The position numbers were made by a program, and so were the translations under genes. Below the pieces are notes generated by a model. That model had not been told where the DNA came from, did no database searches, and saw only the letters and a program-made list of their open reading frames with translations. Positions 60,366 through 64,000 of a DNA stretch of 64,000 bases are shown one piece after another. Origin of the DNA: Flavobacteriales bacterium (GTDB lineage Bacteria > Bacteroidota > Bacteroidia > CAIKAF01); the NCBI GenBank assembly GCA_018401695.1, contig JAGYKD010000002.1, positions 238,636 through 302,635 of the forward strand, written 5' to 3'. Within the stretch, counting starts at the first letter, position 1; the number at the start of each line of letters is the position of its first letter.

Positions 60366-60739
60366 TATGAAATGGGAAATGGATGCATCCATTGCATTAG
60401 CACGGTAAATAGCCGTGGGCTGCGATACATACTTTCTATTCCTAGGTAAACTGCCCACAACCCAGGGTTGTGCCCGTGGGATTAATTGGCAAAGAAATGC
60501 TGGGGGCCCAGAAGGCGGCTTTGCCATGTTTTGCGGGCTGCGGCATAGGCCATAATAAATTTTAATTTGCTTTGGGAGGGACCTCCGTCAAAAATAAGGT
60601 GCTTATGAAATGCGGAGTTTGAAGAGGAAAGGTGTGTCATACGCTAGGTTTAATTGCTGTATCCGTGAAGGAGCTGTTGAGACTCGCTACTAAACCATAA
60701 CGCAGGGACAGGGACCTTAGTATATAGGCGCTTAAAAAA

Positions 60740-61330
60740 TCAGGAGGCCAGTTCCAACTGATGTTTCTCCATGAGCTTACGCAGATTGATTAAGGCATAG
60801 CGCATGCGGCCTAAGGCGGTATTGATGCTTACCTGGGTTTGTTCGGCAATTTCATTGAAGCTCATGTCGGCATAATGACGCATGTATACCACTTCTTTTT
60901 GTTCGGTGGGCAATTGCTCAATGAGGCGGTGTAAAGCGTCCTGGGTTTGTTGCTGAATGAGCTTATCTTCTGCGTTTTTTTCGGGCATTTTGAGTAAATC
61001 AAACACATTAAATTCTTCGTCTTCGGTTTCGAAGCGAGGCATGCGCTTGTTTTTACGGAAATGGTCGATGATGAGGTTGTGGGCGATGCGCATAACCCAG
61101 GGAAGGAATTTGCCTTCATCGGTATATTTGCCGGATTGAAGGGTTTGGATTACCCGAATAAAGCAGTCTTGGAAGATGTCTTCGGAGGTGTCGTGGTCTT
61201 TCACCATCATCATGATGTAGGAATAGACCTTGGTGCGGTGCCTGTGGAGTAATACGTTAAAGGCTTCGGATTGACCGTTCTGATAGGCTTTAACCAGAGC
61301 TTTGTCTGATAATTCGCTGTGACTGTGCAT
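60740..61330 (-). CDS. RNA polymerase sigma-70 factor, ECF subfamily
   Basis: Region 2 (…VYSYIMMMV…DIFQDCFIRV) and region 4 (YMRHYADMSFNEIAEQTQVSINTALGRMRYA). Confidence 0.75.
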   Translation of the reverse strand: MHSHSELSDKALVKAYQNGQSEAFNVLLHRHRTKVYSYIMMMVKDHDTSEDIFQDCFIRVIQTLQSGKYTDEGKFLPWVMRIAHNLIIDHFRKNKRMPRFETEDEEFNVFDLLKMPEKNAEDKLIQQQTQDALHRLIEQLPTEQKEVVYMRHYADMSFNEIAEQTQVSINTALGRMRYALINLRKLMEKHQLELAS

Positions 61331-61728
61331 ACGCTTGGTGATTTACCGTGAAAAAAAATGGTAGCGTATGGGTGTCTTTATAAGCGCGAATTGTATTTGG
61401 TTATGCTAATGTAATACGGAAGAATAGATATGTTGTTTCAAAAATGCAAAAAAAGTTTAAAATCCGGCTGAGGGACAGCAGAGGAAAGCCGGGCAAGACC
61501 GGGGCATGGCAGCAAGTGCGGGGCGGCAGCGACCAAAGGAAGCTCGCCGGCCGGCCTTGATGCCTGCCCCGGGCGCTGCCCGCTTGGAACGGATGGCCCG
61601 ACGGCAGCCCAACACAGCGTAGACCCTATGCAGGGATAAAGGGATGGGGTAGGGAGAACGAATTGCAGGCATAGAGCTGCCGGCAGCCCCCAAAACCAAA
61701 ATTCCCAATTGTTGTTGACCTTTGCACT

Positions 61729-62562
61729 ATGGAGCAATGGGATGCCATTCAAAAGTTGTTGGACGATCGTGATCCGGAGGTGTGGTCGGCCTTGGAGGCG
61801 GAGATTGTTTCCTATGGGGTGGAGGCGGTGCCTTTGTTGGAGGCGGCGTGGGAGCGCAGTCTGGATGAGCTGGTGCAGTCGAGGATTGAGGCTTTGGTGC
61901 GGAGGTTGCATTTGCGGGAGGCGGAGGGTGCGTTGGTGGCGTGGCGCTATGGAAGTCGGGATTATGGTGCTTTGCAGGGCTTGTTGCACCGTTTTTTGTT
62001 TCCGGATATAGCTACTGAGCGTATGGATGCGAAGCTGGACCGGATGTTGCGGGAGGTGCAGCAGGCGCTGCCTCATGGAAGCTTGTTGGCTCGCATTCGG
62101 GTTTTGAACCATGTGGTGTTTGACGTACACCGTTTGGGGGCGCAACAACGTAAGGCGGTGGGTTTGTCGTTGGATTTTGTACATACCCTTTTGGAGCGAG
62201 GAATCGGTTCGCCTTTGGCCATGAATTTTTTGTTTTTGATGTTGTCGGAGCGTTTGGGTCTTGGTTTGCAGCCGGTGGCATTGCCCAGGCATTTTGTGTT
62301 GTGTTCGCCGGTGATAGGGGGGGAGGGTTATCCGGAGTTTTATGTAAACCCCTATGGAAAGGGAGCGGTGTTTAGTTACCGGGAGTTGTTGCACTATTTA
62401 AAGGAGACCGGGCATTCGAGGGGAGTGGAAGGGATGCAGGCCGTAGATGCCCTGACTTTTGCTCGTGGAGCTTTGGAGGAGTTGATACTACACGCAAAAA
62501 AAATGCAGCTTAATCAACGTCAGGAGGAGTTGAGCAAGCTGCACGGATTGTTGTTGCCATAG
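61729..62562 (+). CDS. hypothetical protein (transglutaminase-like/SirB1-type fold suspected)
   Basis: 277 aa with no clear motifs. The sense strand is strongly G+T-rich. Confidence 0.35.
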   Translation: MEQWDAIQKLLDDRDPEVWSALEAEIVSYGVEAVPLLEAAWERSLDELVQSRIEALVRRLHLREAEGALVAWRYGSRDYGALQGLLHRFLFPDIATERMDAKLDRMLREVQQALPHGSLLARIRVLNHVVFDVHRLGAQQRKAVGLSLDFVHTLLERGIGSPLAMNFLFLMLSERLGLGLQPVALPRHFVLCSPVIGGEGYPEFYVNPYGKGAVFSYRELLHYLKETGHSRGVEGMQAVDALTFARGALEELILHAKKMQLNQRQEELSKLHGLLLP

Positions 62563-62575
62563 CTGGCTATGGGTT

Positions 62576-64000
62576 TTATTTAGCCACGGCTACGGATCGT
62601 TTTTCGCGGATTACGGTAACGCGCACCTGACCGGGGTAACTCATTTCTGTTTGGATTTTTTGGGAGATTTCGAAGGCGAGTTTGTCGGATGCTTCGTCGC
62701 TAACGCGGTCGCTTTCTACGAGCACCCTTAATTCTCTTCCGGCCTGAATGGCGTAGCTTTTGATGACACCGGGGTATTCCATGGCCAGGCGCTCAAGTTC
62801 TTTGATGCGTTTGATGTAGGATTCGGTGATTTCGCGTCGTGCTCCGGGGCGTGCACCGGAAATGGCGTCGCATACTTGAACGATTGGTGCGTAGAGGGAG
62901 GTCATTTCTACTTCGTCGTGGTGGGCGCCGATGGCGTTGCAGACGTCGGGTTTTTCTTTGAATTTTTCGGCCAGTTTCATACCAAAAATGGCGTGTGGCA
63001 ATTCGGTTTCTCCGTCGGGTACTTTACCGATATCGTGTAGGAGTCCGGCGCGTTTGGCAATTTTGGGGTTGAGTCCAAGTTCGGAGGCCATAATGGCGCA
63101 AAGGTTGGCCACTTCGCGGCTGTGCTGCAGGAGGTTTTGTCCGTAGGAACTGCGGTAGCGCATGCGTCCCACGTAGCGCATGAGTTCGGGGTGTAGACCA
63201 TGTACTCCAAGATCAATGGCGGTGCGTTTTCCGATTTCGAGGACTTCCTCGTCGATTTGGCGTGTGACTTTGGCGACAACTTCTTCGACGCGTGCGGGGT
63301 GTATTCTTCCGTCGGAGACGAGTTGGTGAAGCGCGAGTCGAGCGATTTCTCTCCGGATGGGGTCGAAGCAGGAGAGGACGATGGCTTCGGGGGTATCGTC
63401 GATGATGATTTCGACGCCGGTAGCAGCTTCTAGGGCTCGGATGTTACGTCCTTCGCGTCCGATGATGCGGCCTTTGATGTCGTCGCTTTCGATATTAAAC
63501 ACCGTTATGGCGTTTTCGATGGCGGTTTCGGTACCCAGGCGTTGGATGGACTGAATGATAACGCGTTTTGCTTCTTTATTGGCGTTGATTTTGGCTTCTT
63601 CGAGGATTTCCTGGACTTGGGCCATGGCTTCGGATTTGGCTTCTTGCTGCAGAGCGTCGACCAATTGTGCTTTTGCTTCTTCGGCGGAGAGTCCGGCAAT
63701 AGTTTCGAGTTGAAGCACTTGACTTCTGTGTGTTTTTTCGAGTTCTTCTCGTTTGACTTCAAGGATTTCGAGGCGTTCTTCGTAATCCTTGATTAGCTTT
63801 TGGGCTTTAGCCTCGGTTTTACGTGCTTCGTCTCGCCACTGCTGAATTTGTTGTTCTTTTTGGCGGAGTTTAGATTCTTGAAGGTTGATTTGTTGATTTT
63901 TTTCCTGGACCTTTTTATTGTGTTCCGCTTTAAGCTGCAGGAACCGCTCTTTGGCTTGCAGGATTTTTTCTTTTTTAATGACTTCGGCGTCGTCTTTGGC
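62576..64000 (-). CDS. rny: ribonuclease Y (KH + HD domains), N-terminal part extends beyond window
   Basis: HD motif (LLHDIGK) and a KH region. The reading frame stays open upstream of Met 63718 to the window edge, where the coiled-coil N-domain lies. Confidence 0.8.
   Translation of the reverse strand, partial: AKDDAEVIKKEKILQAKERFLQLKAEHNKKVQEKNQQINLQESKLRQKEQQIQQWRDEARKTEAKAQKLIKDYEERLEILEVKREELEKTHRSQVLQLETIAGLSAEEAKAQLVDALQQEAKSEAMAQVQEILEEAKINANKEAKRVIIQSIQRLGTETAIENAITVFNIESDDIKGRIIGREGRNIRALEAATGVEIIIDDTPEAIVLSCFDPIRREIARLALHQLVSDGRIHPARVEEVVAKVTRQIDEEVLEIGKRTAIDLGVHGLHPELMRYVGRMRYRSSYGQNLLQHSREVANLCAIMASELGLNPKIAKRAGLLHDIGKVPDGETELPHAIFGMKLAEKFKEKPDVCNAIGAHHDEVEMTSLYAPIVQVCDAISGARPGARREITESYIKRIKELERLAMEYPGVIKSYAIQAGRELRVLVESDRVSDEASDKLAFEISQKIQTEMSYPGQVRVTVIREKRSVAVAK

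Noticed and set aside
61438-62394. 318 aa minus-strand ORF
   Set aside because: The Gln/Arg/His-rich translation is antisense to a G+T-rich plus-strand gene (61729-62562). It has no motif or start context and is a composition artefact.

Overview
This is a 64 kb chromosomal segment from a Bacteroidetes-type genome (about 47% GC, gliding-motility and T9SS genes, Bat aerotolerance operon). The core is mostly housekeeping or conserved genes: an LpxL-family lipid A acyltransferase, a TlpA-like thioredoxin, NlpC/P60, thiolase, a 7TM-HD hydrolase, CtpA, parA-parB-DUF5683-dapB, gldF-gldG, dnaN, the paaE / paaABCD phenylacetyl-CoA oxygenase, an APC permease, a CPBP protease, cinA, the 9-gene moxR-DUF58-batABCDE-yfcE operon, a DASS transporter, an ECF sigma factor and the 3' part of rny. 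The most unusual part is 51.3-60.5 kb. It is an AT-rich region bounded by a previously unseen composite repeat family (~140 bp direct repeats, a 130 bp tandem unit built around a perfect 22 bp palindrome GCCCACGGTTTAAACCGTGGGC, and an inverted copy at 60.2 kb). Inside it are decayed mobility and defence remnants: an integrase C-terminus with the catalytic Tyr replaced by Cys plus a stop, a transposase OrfA-like ORF with an in-frame amber, and an HsdM N-terminal stub. Intact cargo includes a two-gene membrane/coiled-coil pair, T9SS cargo, a RhuM-Doc/Fic protein, and a MazG-like pyrophosphohydrolase translationally coupled to a 734 aa GIY-YIG + Schlafen-like (DUF2075) ATPase. That ATPase ends in a complete LexA-like S24 autopeptidase module (Ala-Gly site, Ser, Lys). 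I regard this as a candidate SOS/RecA*-gated defence module and the most likely undescribed system here. Other notable non-coding items are a ~1 kb GC-rich structured gap at 10.3-11.3 kb, a 68 bp paired-motif element (AAAATCTCTACAT x2, 55 bp apart) at two loci, and a dispersed family of GC-rich intergenic islands sharing a CCCGGGCGC core. No rRNA, confident tRNA or CRISPR array was found.
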